From Auanema rhodensis (taxonomy: Eukaryota > Animalia > Nematoda): a DNA stretch of 64,000 nucleotides. Under the pieces are notes generated by a model. The model made no database searches and was not told the DNA's origin. It was given only the letters and a program-made list of their open reading frames with translations. Location: assembly GCA_964057225.1 (NCBI GenBank), contig OZ059897.1, positions 15,934,001 to 15,998,000 on the forward strand, given 5' to 3'. The translations under genes were made by a program, and so were the position numbers. Shown one piece after another: positions 42,701 through 60,167 of this stretch (its first letter is position 1; each line of letters starts with the position of its first letter).

Positions 42701-43900
42701 AGGAATATCGTAAAGAAATTGAAAACTTCCGTAAAAGTCACAATATACACTTCAGTAATACAGTATGTTTTGATTTTAAAATTTTAAACTTTAATTTATA
42801 AGTTTAACGTATTATATATAAAATATTTCTAGACTACACGTAATGATACAACTTGTGATGCCTACATGAGATGCCGAGCCCAAATGCATGTAGCTGTAGA
42901 TCAATGCGCTTGGAGTTTTGCTTCATCTAAAGTTGTGACATCATTAGCTGAAAGTTCAGAAAGTTTGTTATTCAAGGTGAAGACTACATATATTTTCTCA
43001 ATTTTTAATTAAAATATTTTCTTTTGCAGAGTGAAGAGCCATGTGATCCTGCTCAAATTCCACTCTATGAAGAATTATATGAAATGATTATTCAACGAAA
43101 TACAAAACTGCGAACATGCTTAGATAGACGAAATGAAAAAGTTGTAAGTTTATTTAATATTTTAATGTTTATTCCCTTATATAAATTTGGATTAAAAATA
43201 GAAAAATCTAAGAGATTTCAAGAGCTGCATTCAAAAAATGTTTGATCTCTTCAATTCAAGTTGACAGCTATTCTTTAATCAGATAAGCAAACTTGAACAA
43301 ACTTCTAAGAATCTTTTTGAACTTTTTACTTCATAAAGATATGAACTTAAAGTCTTATTATATATTTTTAGTTTTCTGAATCAATATGTATTCCATATAA
43401 TAAGCAAGAACAACAAGTTTATGATCATTCTTTACTTCGAGTTCTTTCTAATAAATATACAAAGGCTATGGATTGTTATCAAGATGCTAATAAAATTCAA
43501 GAAAAATGCTCCAAATTAAGACAATGCTGTCCACACTTTGATAGGTTTATTTTACAAATATTCTTCAAATTTTACATGTTTCTTCTTTAGCTGTCGAGAA
43601 GAGATGATTGATGTAAATCTTGAACAAGCAATCATTAGTATGACTGCTCGTCTTAATGATGAAAAACAGAGTTGCATCAAAGATAAAGCTAGAGATTCAT
43701 TCAAGAAAGCTGTAAAAGGTAAAGTTTTATTCAATAAATTTCAATTTATTTCATTCTCTATGTGTGATTGGAAGCTTTATCAATTTTATATTTTAGGAAT
43801 ACTTGGTAGATCTGACGAGGAATCATTAGAACTCTTACGATCTGGAAGATATGGTTTAGATATTCAAAAAGGAGCTCAACTAATGAAGCGAATGAGATAA
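38503..43900 (+). CDS. Secreted cysteine-rich protein of unrecognised family, ~870 aa, ~23 exons, two 12-Cys domains separated by a charged/low-complexity linker
   Basis: Signal peptide MLNAISTSCLLILLFSIVTA|DSN. One continuous frame through GT-AG exons with consistent phases, ending ...GAQLMKRMR-TAA at 43900. Motifs CSTSKFCCGAFDKC and CSKLRQCCPHFDSC. TTTCAG acceptor at 38452-38457 upstream of the ATG. Confidence 0.88.
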
Positions 43901-45701
43901 TGGGAAAAATTTTCTAATCAAAGCAACTTATCAGGAAATATGTGGGTCTTTATATTATATGATTAATAAGTTTGTTTCAATGTTTTCGACATTCCGTTGA
44001 TTTTGTGACAGTTTTTCTCATTTTTGAGATATTTTGATCTTTAAACTTCTATTTTTGTGAAAAAATGCAAGATATCTTTCTTGTTTTCATTCCAGATATT
44101 TTTAAAATGTTTTTTTTTCTATTAATAATACTCATATTCTTGGAAAATCATAATTCCTATCAATCTTTTCACTTATTTTTCCATTTCTTGTCGGTCCAAA
44201 CTTAGAGCTTTCCTCATGTTTATAGGATTTTAATGTCAATAATAATAATTTTGTTTAAAAAATAATATTAATAAATATTTTTTTCGATGAAAAAAAAAAT
44301 GTCAAAGAGTACATCTATATATAAACTTAACTTTAAAATCATATTGTCATAACATATTCTGATGTATGTATGTTTGAACTCTAAAACATTGAATCAAACA
44401 TCATTTTCTATGTTCAATATATAAAAATATGAATGAATGTATATAGTTATAATTAATTTTATAAAAAACTTTGTTATATTTTAAAATAAAAAAGCTTCTT
44501 ATCAAATATAAAAGAAAAATACTTTGATATGTTCTTATGTTCATTTTGAGAAACAAAACAATTTCAATTGTTTTAAAAATAAAACATTAAGAATCATATA
44601 TCCAAAGAAATATATTTAATAAACTTTGAATATAATAATAAAACAAAGAAAATCAAATTTTAAACTTTGTATGATGTTCCTCTATATTGTACTATTCATA
44701 AACTATTCTTTGTAAATATGACACAGTTATATAGTTAATATAATAATAAAACTATTAAATAAAAACATTTTTTTCTTTTCATTTTAAAAAAAAAAACAAA
44801 TTATTATAAAAATATAACTAGGTTTCATGAGATCAGTTAGGATTCTCCAAAGAAGAGAGTTGAGTGAGACAAGAGTGGAGGTTACAATATGAGGGATTCT
44901 CTTACAATGTATTCAAATAAAGGTTTTGTATATAAATCAAAAAATATTTAAAAAGAATTAAGTAGGCTGTTCTGACCTGTTTGAACATTTCTACAATATA
45001 ATATCGATGAAATAGATGAAACAGTTCAGATGTGATTGTTCGAAGCTTTTAAAAATTATTAAATTTTTTTTGAAATATTTGTTAATTTTTAAGAAAATAA
45101 TTGTCTTTTAATCCATTATTTGGTCAAATAATAATCAAATAATTTGTATTTTTTTAATAAAAAAAGATGACCGGTACTAGATTAGAAGCAATCGAAACAA
45201 TATTATAAAGAAAATGTTCAAATAGAAAAAAAATAAAATGCACAAAGAACACATTCAGGTCATAATAAAACGATTTATAAAAATGGAATTAAAATAATAA
45301 TTTTTTGTTAAATTTAAATGAAAAATAAGAAAAAAAAGTAATTGGGTGTTGGAATTATTTTGAATATGACAAAACCGCGATATTCGTTGTCGGACTGTTG
45401 TTCTCAATGTCATTTCAGTAACATACAAAATGACAGAAAATATGAATATTTAAGAAAAACTTGTAATTTTTCAAAAAAAAAAAGTTTTTTTTAGAAAATT
45501 TTGATAAAATTTGAAATAAAAACAAAGAAATTATTAATACTATTGTGACAGAGATCGACAGTCCGAGAAGACATTATTGGTTGTTTGCAGCTGAATTCAT
45601 TGATGTTATGACGAGATTGAGATTTTCATCTTTTTTTTGAATGAAATAACTAGTTGGAATCAAAAAATTAATTATTGATTGAGAGCATGTTGAATCTTCT
45701 A

Positions 45702-50470
<4,769 letters not shown>

Positions 50471-50761
50471 ATTGCTAATGTAAAAGAAGATATGGCTTGA
50501 AGGGGGAAGAGGGAGAGATGAAGGATGGCCAAAATAGCTCCGCCTACTTAGCTTTCTCTCTCTTTTCCTTTTTTTCTCTTTCCCTCTGTTAGCTACTGCT
50601 TTTAGTTTACTCTCTCGTTTTCACTATATTTCTATATTTCTTTATCACAGCTAGAGCTCCACCTACCCAGCAGTCCTTATTGAGAAAACTTTGATTCAGT
50701 TCAAAGAGTTAGCTGTTGAAGTTGTTTAGAGGTATTCTTTGTCTTTTTGATGAATAAGAAG

Positions 50762-50768
<7 letters not shown>

Positions 50769-50804
<36 letters not shown>
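50769..50804. repeat. (AG)n microsatellite upstream of the proximal RGS first exon
   Basis: Read directly. Confidence 0.95.
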
Positions 50805-50809
<5 letters not shown>

Positions 50810-52864
50810 TGTGTATAATGAAAAAAAGAATAGAATAGATAGATACTGGAGAGAAATAAGAGTAGGCTAAACTAGATGAGGGAACTGCAAGTGGTAATGC
50901 TCATGACGGTGCTGAAGTAGTAGTTTTGGTTGATTATATTGAATGTGTCATGATTGTGGCGACGACAGATGCAGTGCCTGATGATGAAGGATATAAAATC
51001 TTTAAAACAATTGACGGCTTCACGTAAGTCTTTTAGAAGTTTGCTAGAATCTTCCACACACAGATATGTTGCGTCAACATTGATTCGTTTTACTGCCTCA
51101 GGCTTTTCACGAGTTTGTCTGATGACAACATGTTGCTTCCAACTGAATATAGGGCAACTGAACAGAGAATTTCAAGATTCTGCAGGTTTAACACAACATG
51201 TATATAATAGAAATTGTTGTGATGGTGAGTATTTTAGCCATATGTGTACCATTCAGTATTTCAAACTTATTCTGAATTTGATGTCTATTTTATAGGAAAA
51301 TTTTTTTCAAATTTCTAACAAAAAAATTAGTATTGAACAGTAAATTGATTGAAATAATTAAAAATAATGCAATGGAATAAAGAATTGAATAAGTGGAAGA
51401 TACGCTAGTAAATTAAACTTCAAAAAATGAAATTATCTGTTTCTATAAATTAAATTCGGATGAAATTAGTAAATGAAAAGAGAATTACAAGTTGATTTTC
51501 AATACAAATAAAATGGATTTTACTTGGTTTTTGAACATAATATGATTAAAGAACCATCAATCTGAACCAAAAAAAAAAGTTCTGTAAAATAATCAAAAAT
51601 ATAATATTCGTTATAATAAAGTTTTTATATATTTTTATAAATTTTACTGATTTTTACATTGTTCTATTTTCTTGAACTATTCCAAAACATCTAATTTTTT
51701 ATGTAAAAACCTGATTGAATATCTAGAAATGTCTTTGAAAAGTTTATTCATTATTATTCTCAATTGAGAGATGAAGATTTGTCTTCAATAGCTGTTTTCT
51801 ATTGTTTTTTCATTATGTTAAAGTACAATACTTCAAACATTTTTCATCAAATTCTATGTAAATTCAACAGAAGAATAAGAAAAAAACTTTTTTCTTTACA
51901 TTAAAGATTATAGAAATGAAAAAATTAAATTTTAATTGAACCGTTTCAAACAAATTATCATTTCAATCACATTTTTTAAGAAAAAAAATTATTATTTTTG
52001 TATCTTATCATCTGACACATAGACGTTTCATTGACATGAAGCTTAGTCATCACAATCTTATTAATTGCCACCACCCACAATGGTTTAGAACTTCTCTTTC
52101 TCTTCTCAACAGCTCTGTTTACTAGTTCTCTATACTCTCCAGTCATTTTATTCTGAATTAAAGTGGTCTCATACATTGTTTCTAACAAAAACTCGAAAAT
52201 TTATATTTTCTGTAGTTGAACTTGAGAAAAACCTTTTTGAATTTTTTTTTGTCAATCATCAAGATTCAGTTCTCGAGCTAAACCGCCAAGTTTGCTGATG
52301 AGACTAGCTCGTATGTCCGCATGCTCCAGATTTAATCATTCTAGACTGTTGTAAGATTTTTAGTTTATTGGAGAACAAAAAATAAAAAATAAAGCCGAAA
52401 AGCTTTATTATTCATATTCTGAGGGCATCATCAATATCATTCAGAAGTAACTGTAGTAACATTTCGTTGTCATTAAGTTTCAAAACATTTGTATCTATAC
52501 ATCAATCTTGAAACAAATTTTCTAATCTATTGGTACCATGTTTGATGGCGTCTAGGGAATCCAGGAGCGTTTTCTTTAATTCTGATTTCGTTATGTTCTT
52601 AAATATGATCTCAGAAATCATTGATTTGCAAAATAACTGAAGATATTCTTCTATTTTCATGAAAGAATTTTCAAGGAAATTGACATCTTCTTGTCAATAT
52701 ATTGAAGATTACTATCACATGTTTCATCATTTGAAATACTAAACGATTTGATCATGATGAAAACTTCAAACTTCAGATCTATTTAAATTTATGTTCAACT
52801 AAACTAATGTGGCAGTTAAAAAAATGGATAATAGAAAAGAAGAAAAGAATGAGATAGAAAAGAA

Positions 52865-52890
52865 GATGATGATGATGATGATGATGATGA
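52865..52890. repeat. (GAT)n trinucleotide repeat
   Basis: GATGATGAT... read directly. Confidence 0.9.
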
Positions 52891-54143
52891 ATAAGTTTCG
52901 ATTTATCTACGAACCTAAGCTCAGTTTAAGCACAAATATGACGAATATAAAGTGATGAAGAGAATAAGGGACAATAGATAAAAAGGAAAAAAAGCTATTT
53001 CTGGTTTCATATTGTTTCCTTTTGATTTACTTCCTCTTTAAGTTTTATTCTAAATTATCATAAATTTTAATTGAATACCAACCAAATGATATATAAACTT
53101 ATTTTATTCATCCTCGAAATATATGAGAAAATAAGAAAAAAGAAAAATGAATTAACTATGATTTTTTTTTTGATAAACTCTATGAAAGAGGGGAAGATGT
53201 TATATCCTGAGGACATACTTCAATATAACATATCCTTACTTTTATGATTTTTTCTTCTACTTTTTATATTTAGATATGATTATTCCTTCAGGCGTTTTGA
53301 ACAGACTGACTTAAAGAATTTGTTTGCTAAACACGTCAATTCAACATGAAAATTACAGGATGAAAGAACTTTCAGTAAGATAACCTTCCAAATATCTTCA
53401 TGAAGAAAATAAGAAAATAGATGAAGCCGCATGAAGCATACATCAATGCTCAAACTCTCTCTCTCTCTTTCTCTCTTTCTTTCTTTTTGAAAATATTCTG
53501 AGAATACATATGAACAGTTAATGTTGTTTGCCTTCTCATATGGAAATCCTGATGACGTATTTTCATCTTTCATTTTCTGTTTTTTGCTTTTTCTTGATTT
53601 TCTCAATTCTCAACAACATCTTCCTCCCAATGTAGTGGTCAAGCTGTCTAGATTATATTCAACTCAGAAATTGCCTCTGGGAATTGTCATGAAATATCCT
53701 GTCCAACTTTTTAAATTTTATTTCAATTTGTTCTCATCATTCGCCCTTGTCACTACATAGATCTTACTTTATCCTGTTTCAAAAATAAGCTCATTTCTAC
53801 TGCTGTTTGATCATTATTCACTTCATCATTTTGAAGTTCAATAAGATTTTTGTTAAATTATCTCACAATCATTTCGAGAACGAATTTTGCATAAAATCTA
53901 AAAATCTATTGATATGACGTCAAGTAATTAACCTTTGATTATGAAAATATTTTTAAGATTTGTATATTATTCTCTTAGTTATTACATTTACATTGAGGAC
54001 GATAAATTTGAGACAGTATCACATGAATCAAATCTGGAAGTAACAAAGAATATGTTGGAAGTAGACTTTAGCAGAAACACATTCCGAATAAGTACATCAT
54101 TCACATACATATCTCAATTTGATCTACACACGTATATCTATAC

Positions 54144-54204
54144 TTCTCTCTCTCTCTCTCTATAGATAGATAGCTAGATAGATAGATAGATAGATATGTG
54201 TGTG
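54144..54204. repeat. Compound (TC)n-(TAGA)n-(TG)n microsatellite
   Basis: Read directly. Confidence 0.9.
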
Positions 54205-57200
54205 AAAATAATATCAACAATATATTAAATCTTATTTACTATACTGTGCTAGCACTCATTAAAAACTGAAGTTTTTCCTGAGATATGTAAAAACCCGAGA
54301 GGCATACGACGTCATCAAATCAAATCGACTGCTTAGTCCTTCCCGACGTTGCCATTTATGGGTGAAGTAAGATGCTAGGCTGTCTATTCTCAGCTTTTCC
54401 TCTTCCTTTTTTGGATTATGATGACACAATGATACACATATGTAAATAGACCTAGATATATACTCAAGCTGAGATTTTTTTTGAAAATAGGTTAGATGTG
54501 AAGGGAAGTAGTTGAATTAGAATGATACATCATCAAGAAGCATGAGAGAAAGCAGATATTTCAGCTGAAATATGTGAATATCTAGCAAATACAAACCAAA
54601 AAAAGTGAGAAATTGGCAGGGAGGGCGATTGGTTGCAATCGAAAAAAAAATATTTTCCGGTCTCATCTCTTCATAAATTGAAAAAAGACACGACAGATAA
54701 GGTCATCAAATGGATATTTCTTTGTTCAATTGAACTCATTTTCAATTGACAACGATCACATCTGAAAGCCCCAACTTCATAGCCTGTTTATATCTCTCTG
54801 ATCCTTTACTTCTTTCTCTTTTAATATATTTTTCTTTCCATTTTTCTTTTACTCTCTTCTTTTTATTTTCTCTATCGCTCATACACGTTCATCACTCAGT
54901 TTCTGGACAGGAAACTGAAAAATTTATAGAATATCCGACCGGAAGAAGCTATAAGCTAAATATTGAAACTGATCTGTCCGGAAAAGATGAAGAAGACACT
55001 GAAGGGTGCACAAAGGACAATTTCCTAGTTTTAATACAGATTTCATCAAATAATATTCATGTTTATTCGAATAAAATCTTTTCAAAATATTCAATTTATT
55101 CTGTTTTATTATATATATTTTTGAAAAAAATGTATATACATGTATATACGTATTATACATATCTATATCTAACTATATATACATATATGTCAGAAAATTA
55201 TATTCAATCAATGTTATCATTAGAATAAAATATTTGAGAAAATATCTAATATCTTGAGAAATTATTTTTTTTTAAATTAAAAAAAAATATTCTCCAGATG
55301 TTAATTTTATAATAAATATACTTAAATTGATTAGATTTTTTTTTGGTCGACTAATGATCTAATAATATTTAAAAAAATGAAAATACACTAAAGATATAAT
55401 GCACATCCGGATTTTTTTGTATTTAGAAATCTGGTAATATCACGTGCTGAACACGTGGTTTTAAAAAAGCTTAAATATCAAAGCTCATTTGAATTTATTA
55501 TTATGAGTTTTTTTATTTGATAAAAAAAAATAAAAAGTTAAAGGGAAAATCATAAACCTATAATCTCTTTAGATCAAATTTACTATATTCAATGAATATA
55601 TTAAAATTAAATAATTAACTTTAAACTACATTGCATAGTATAGCACATAATTGATGTCAAACTAAACGTCATAGCGATTTTGATGTTAATAAATTATTAT
55701 AAAAATTCTAATTTATTTAATAAAATATTAAATATTATTATATAGTATTTATAATTATAACATTTTTTTGATGAGATATGTTGACCTCAATCCTCAACCT
55801 TTTGTTCAATAAGGAGTTTGAAAAAAAAATACAAAATAGGTATAACGATGAAGCATTTTCCAACATGTCTTCAAAATGGTTAACAACATATATTTTCAAA
55901 ATAGTTAAGAAGCGGAATTGTAGGATGATAAATGTGGAACATGGGGGTGATTTAGTTTCATTTTGCTCATTTTTTTTTTCCAAAACGCCGATTATTCTGA
56001 GGTTTTCACTAAATTCAACAACTTTACTTTGTGTAGTACAATATATACATATAGATAGTATGTATATATATATAAACATATACTTATATTTTTTTTCTTT
56101 TTTCTTTTTTTTTTGAAATAATTTATTTCAAAATTAAAAAATCAAAGCCGTTCTCATCAACATCAAAATCGAGTGCTATAAGAGCGGAAGGCGAATTGTT
56201 GAACCTTGTAAGAATGAGAAATGAGACTAATCCTCATCTAATCGTACATGTAGCATTGTGTTTGCCTTTTCTTGTATTCTTACTCAGTCATTTTTGGATA
56301 ATTATTTATTTCTTTAATAACACTTATGTAAACCATATAGAATAAGAAATGAAAACCAAATATTTTATGATAATTGATGAAAAAAAAGCTGAAACTACTG
56401 CTCGATCTTAATTAGAATTTGCTTGATTACTTCAAAAAAAAAAGACGAAAATTCTTTTTTTTCCTATAAAATTAGCCTCGTCATGAAACTTGTTCTTTGA
56501 TTTTTTAACAAAAATTATGATAAATGAAAAAAACTTTTTTTTAGTTAGATATGCTTCTTTTGATTTCATTCAATTTCACATGTACTATATCATATAGATA
56601 GAATAGACATATATGTATCATAATGATAATCATATGGTTAGTTATTTGATTAAAAATCTATTGAAAATAATTATATTCTAATTCAATATTATAAAAATAA
56701 ATTTGAATTTGAAATTAATTAAATTAGTAAATATGTTTCTTTTTTTTTTCTTCTTGAATTTTTGATTGTTTTACGGATATCATTTTTCATTTTTTTTTCT
56801 TTTCTTTTGTCTTTTATAAAAAGTCCCTGTGAAAATAAAATTCAAATATTATAGAAAGTGTCAGGAATCGAAGCCATGTTAGATGAAAACGTTTCATTGA
56901 GGGCTGTACTAGAGCAAAGCATCCACTCTCAGATTTGATGATTGGAATGAACAATCAACAATTTAGCAATGTCATAACACGGTCTAGAGCCATATATTAA
57001 TAAGAAAAATTAGAAAATCTCTGACAATTCTCATTTTTTTCTTCATTTTTTTGCATTTTTTTCATTTTGCAGCGAAGGATCAAGAACGACAAAAGCTCGA
57101 AGCTAAAGATCAAATGTTGCGTAGAGGCTCTATATCAATATGATCAAAAATCCGAATATTTGTAAATATTTGTTTCGCAAACTAGCTCTAAAAAGATTTT

Positions 57201-60025
57201 TTAAAAATTTGGAAATAGAAACAAATTCTGAAGTTAAAATTAATGTTTTATCTTCCTTCTTTTCTTTTTTTTTGTCACAATATATCGCCAACGCAGCCTT
57301 CGTTTGTCCTTTTAACTCTTTCAATTCTCACTCTCTCGCTCGCTTTTCTTGATTTCATGTTCAATCGTCTTTGAGCTTTACCCTCTCATCCCTTTTCTTT
57401 CGTATACTTTCATTGTGCACCCATCTATGTTCCCACCCCAAGGGAAAACTCGTTAACAGCTCACTTGCTCCTAACGCACTTGGCTCCACAGATATGCAGA
57501 ACTTGAAGATTTATTCGAAAAAAATAACAGCATTTCATCTATTTTGGCTATTGAAGAACAAAAAATATGAATAATTGATGTTTTGAAACTATTTCTTGAC
57601 TCATACATATAGCATTTGGCAAGTTTTTTTTACCAAACAAAAGAAATATCAAATGTCAGTAAGCTTAGACTCATCAAATAGACACTGTGTCGTACAACCC
57701 TCCAGCTTCTGAACACAACTGCAAAGTTATTAAATTGAAATAACAATAAGCTTTGATAATCTTTCAATCCTCATATATGTGTTGCTTTGATGGTGGAAAC
57801 ATCTTGACTAAACGGAAATTTTCTTCAACTGCCCATCGTCTTTTTCCTAGTTCTAGTAGGGCGTACTAGAACTTTATCATCGCCATATTTTTTATCTCAT
57901 TTTGGCTGTCTAGCGTCGTCTCGTGTTACTCCTCCTTCTACCACCCTCTCTTTCTCGTTTTCTCATCATATTCAACAACTTCCGGCTGCTTTTTAAATAT
58001 CTTTTCAAAAAATTGCCTTTACATCATCAATCATTGTTAGATTCCTATGCCTTGGCAGTGCCTGAGGAGATTTAATGCAAGCAGCCAAACAGGGTGAGGA
58101 CGAAATGTAGTCTAGTCGACGACACGATAAGTCTGTCCCCTAGGAATTTTGACGTGATTTGCTGCCATTCGACATCTCTAACTCGATCCTCTCAAATCAT
58201 GCTAAGAGTACATCAGATTTTCCTTGCGTAGCATGAACTCTCTCTCTCTCTTCTCTCTTGCTTCTTTTCCTATACAATTCTCAATTCTTGCTCTGTTTCT
58301 GTTCATCTTGCTCTCATCGTTTTGTTCATTCTCAGCTGTCATTCCAACTACTTTCTTTTATTCTTTGCCCTGTGTATTGTTTCTAGAAATTAGCCGGAAT
58401 CTTGCCATGTCTTGATAGATGACATCGCAGAGACTTTCTATCGACTCCATGTTTCAGTTTGTTTCAGAATAAAAGATGGGAAGACCTTTTGCACAAAATT
58501 GTCATCGTGGCTCGGAATGTCAACACCAATGGATATTCTCTGATTACCTTCCATTTATGGATAGAAATATGAATAGAGATTGCCCCCTCATATAAACCTT
58601 CTTTATTGTCAAAACTGATGTTAAATTAAAATTGAATTAGTAAGGTTTGAAGAAATAATTGTGAACATTTCCAATTTTAAGTCATTTTCTATCTCAAATT
58701 TCAATTTTAATCCAATAAAAAAAATTAGAAAAATAAAAAAAAAGGAAATTTAGTTAGAATTTTACACTTCTTTAGTGCAAAATGCTAAGTCATGCTCACG
58801 TGGAAATAAGAAAAAAACATGTACGTCAATGTCATTTCTGTTCATTTCAAATATCAGAACGGTTGTATACATGAATGATAATGCAATTAAAAATTAATTT
58901 GTATTTCAGGTTCATCAACTATTTGAATTCTAATAAATATTTTATTATTAAAATTTGGTTTTATAAATCTATCTATAGCTATTAGGCTAAATGTAGATTT
59001 GAATAAAATGATTGACTATAAATACTTAGAAACTGATTATACTACTGAATTGAAAATAAATAAGATGAAACGCAATTCATCAATGTGATTCCTCTCATTT
59101 GTGAAAAAATCCTCATAAACAGTCGATTACCAGGCTTCACGATTAGTAAAAAGAAAATATTTTACAACTACAGTTTTGAATAATTTTCAGACAAATATAT
59201 CCACTTTTTTGAAAGTTCAAAAAGTTCAAATCAAGGCTGTAAACATGAAATAAGAAGTGGATGAGTGACATGAGAAGACAAAAAATGACATATTTATTCA
59301 GAATCTTTGTAAAAAAGATAACTTTGAATGAAAAAGAATGAGGAAGACAAAAGATTGAACCTTTGAATCAAAAAGTTGTTGAGAAAAGAAAGATATATTG
59401 TTGAATTTGAAATAATAAATGTTTATATTTCAAATTGAAATATAGAAAGATTCCCCTTTTAATCCTTGATTCATAATAGATTAATGTTTGAATATTCACC
59501 TTTTATATGATATAGTTATGTCCATTCATAGTTCAAACTTATGTTTACAGTATATGCTTTAACTATGAATAGAAAAGAATAGACAAGTTTTAATTAAATA
59601 TTTCTTTTTTTTTTCTTTTTAGAAATCTCTCTCTCTCTCATTTTATTTAGTCTTTTTAACTTATTTTTTTCTTTCTATTCCTTTTATTCTCATTTTTCTC
59701 TTAATCTCTTCATTTAATTTGTTATATAAAGTAATAAACTGAATATTGCTTTTATGATGTTTGAAATATTATCCTCAACTATTTAGCATAGATCTAATGA
59801 ATATTTGTTTGGCTGTGAAAAAAATTGAACAACGAAAAAGAGAAAAACCAAAGCATGGAGAGAATGAAAAGCAGTTTTTCATATATATATATAGATTTAA
59901 AACTCGAAATGCTTATTATTTTATACAAAACATCAATTATATTATTGATATTGTAATAAAAAAATATTAAATCAATTTGATTTCAATCAAAAAATATTTA
60001 AAGAAATATGTTAAATGTGACTCAC

Positions 60026-60167
60026 TTCGTACCACACGATTTGATAATGTGCTGACAGCAGTACGCATATCTTGTATTTTATATAGAAGTAAATTCATCA
60101 GACGACGCGAATTCTTATGGAATACTGGAGCCGACAACGATCGTGGAAGTCGTCGACCAGCCGACAT
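60026..60167 (-). CDS. Alternative distal first coding exon of the RGS gene
   Basis: ATG at 60167, MSAGRRLPRSLSAPVFHKNSRRLMNLLLYKIQDMRTAVSTLSNRVVR plus 1 nt, then a consensus GTGAGT donor. Phase 1 matches the acceptor of exon 49254-49317. GC-rich relative to its flanks. Confidence 0.7.

Noticed and set aside
50643-50664. TATCACAGC, a mir-2 family seed
   Set aside because: No complementary arm to form a pre-miRNA hairpin.
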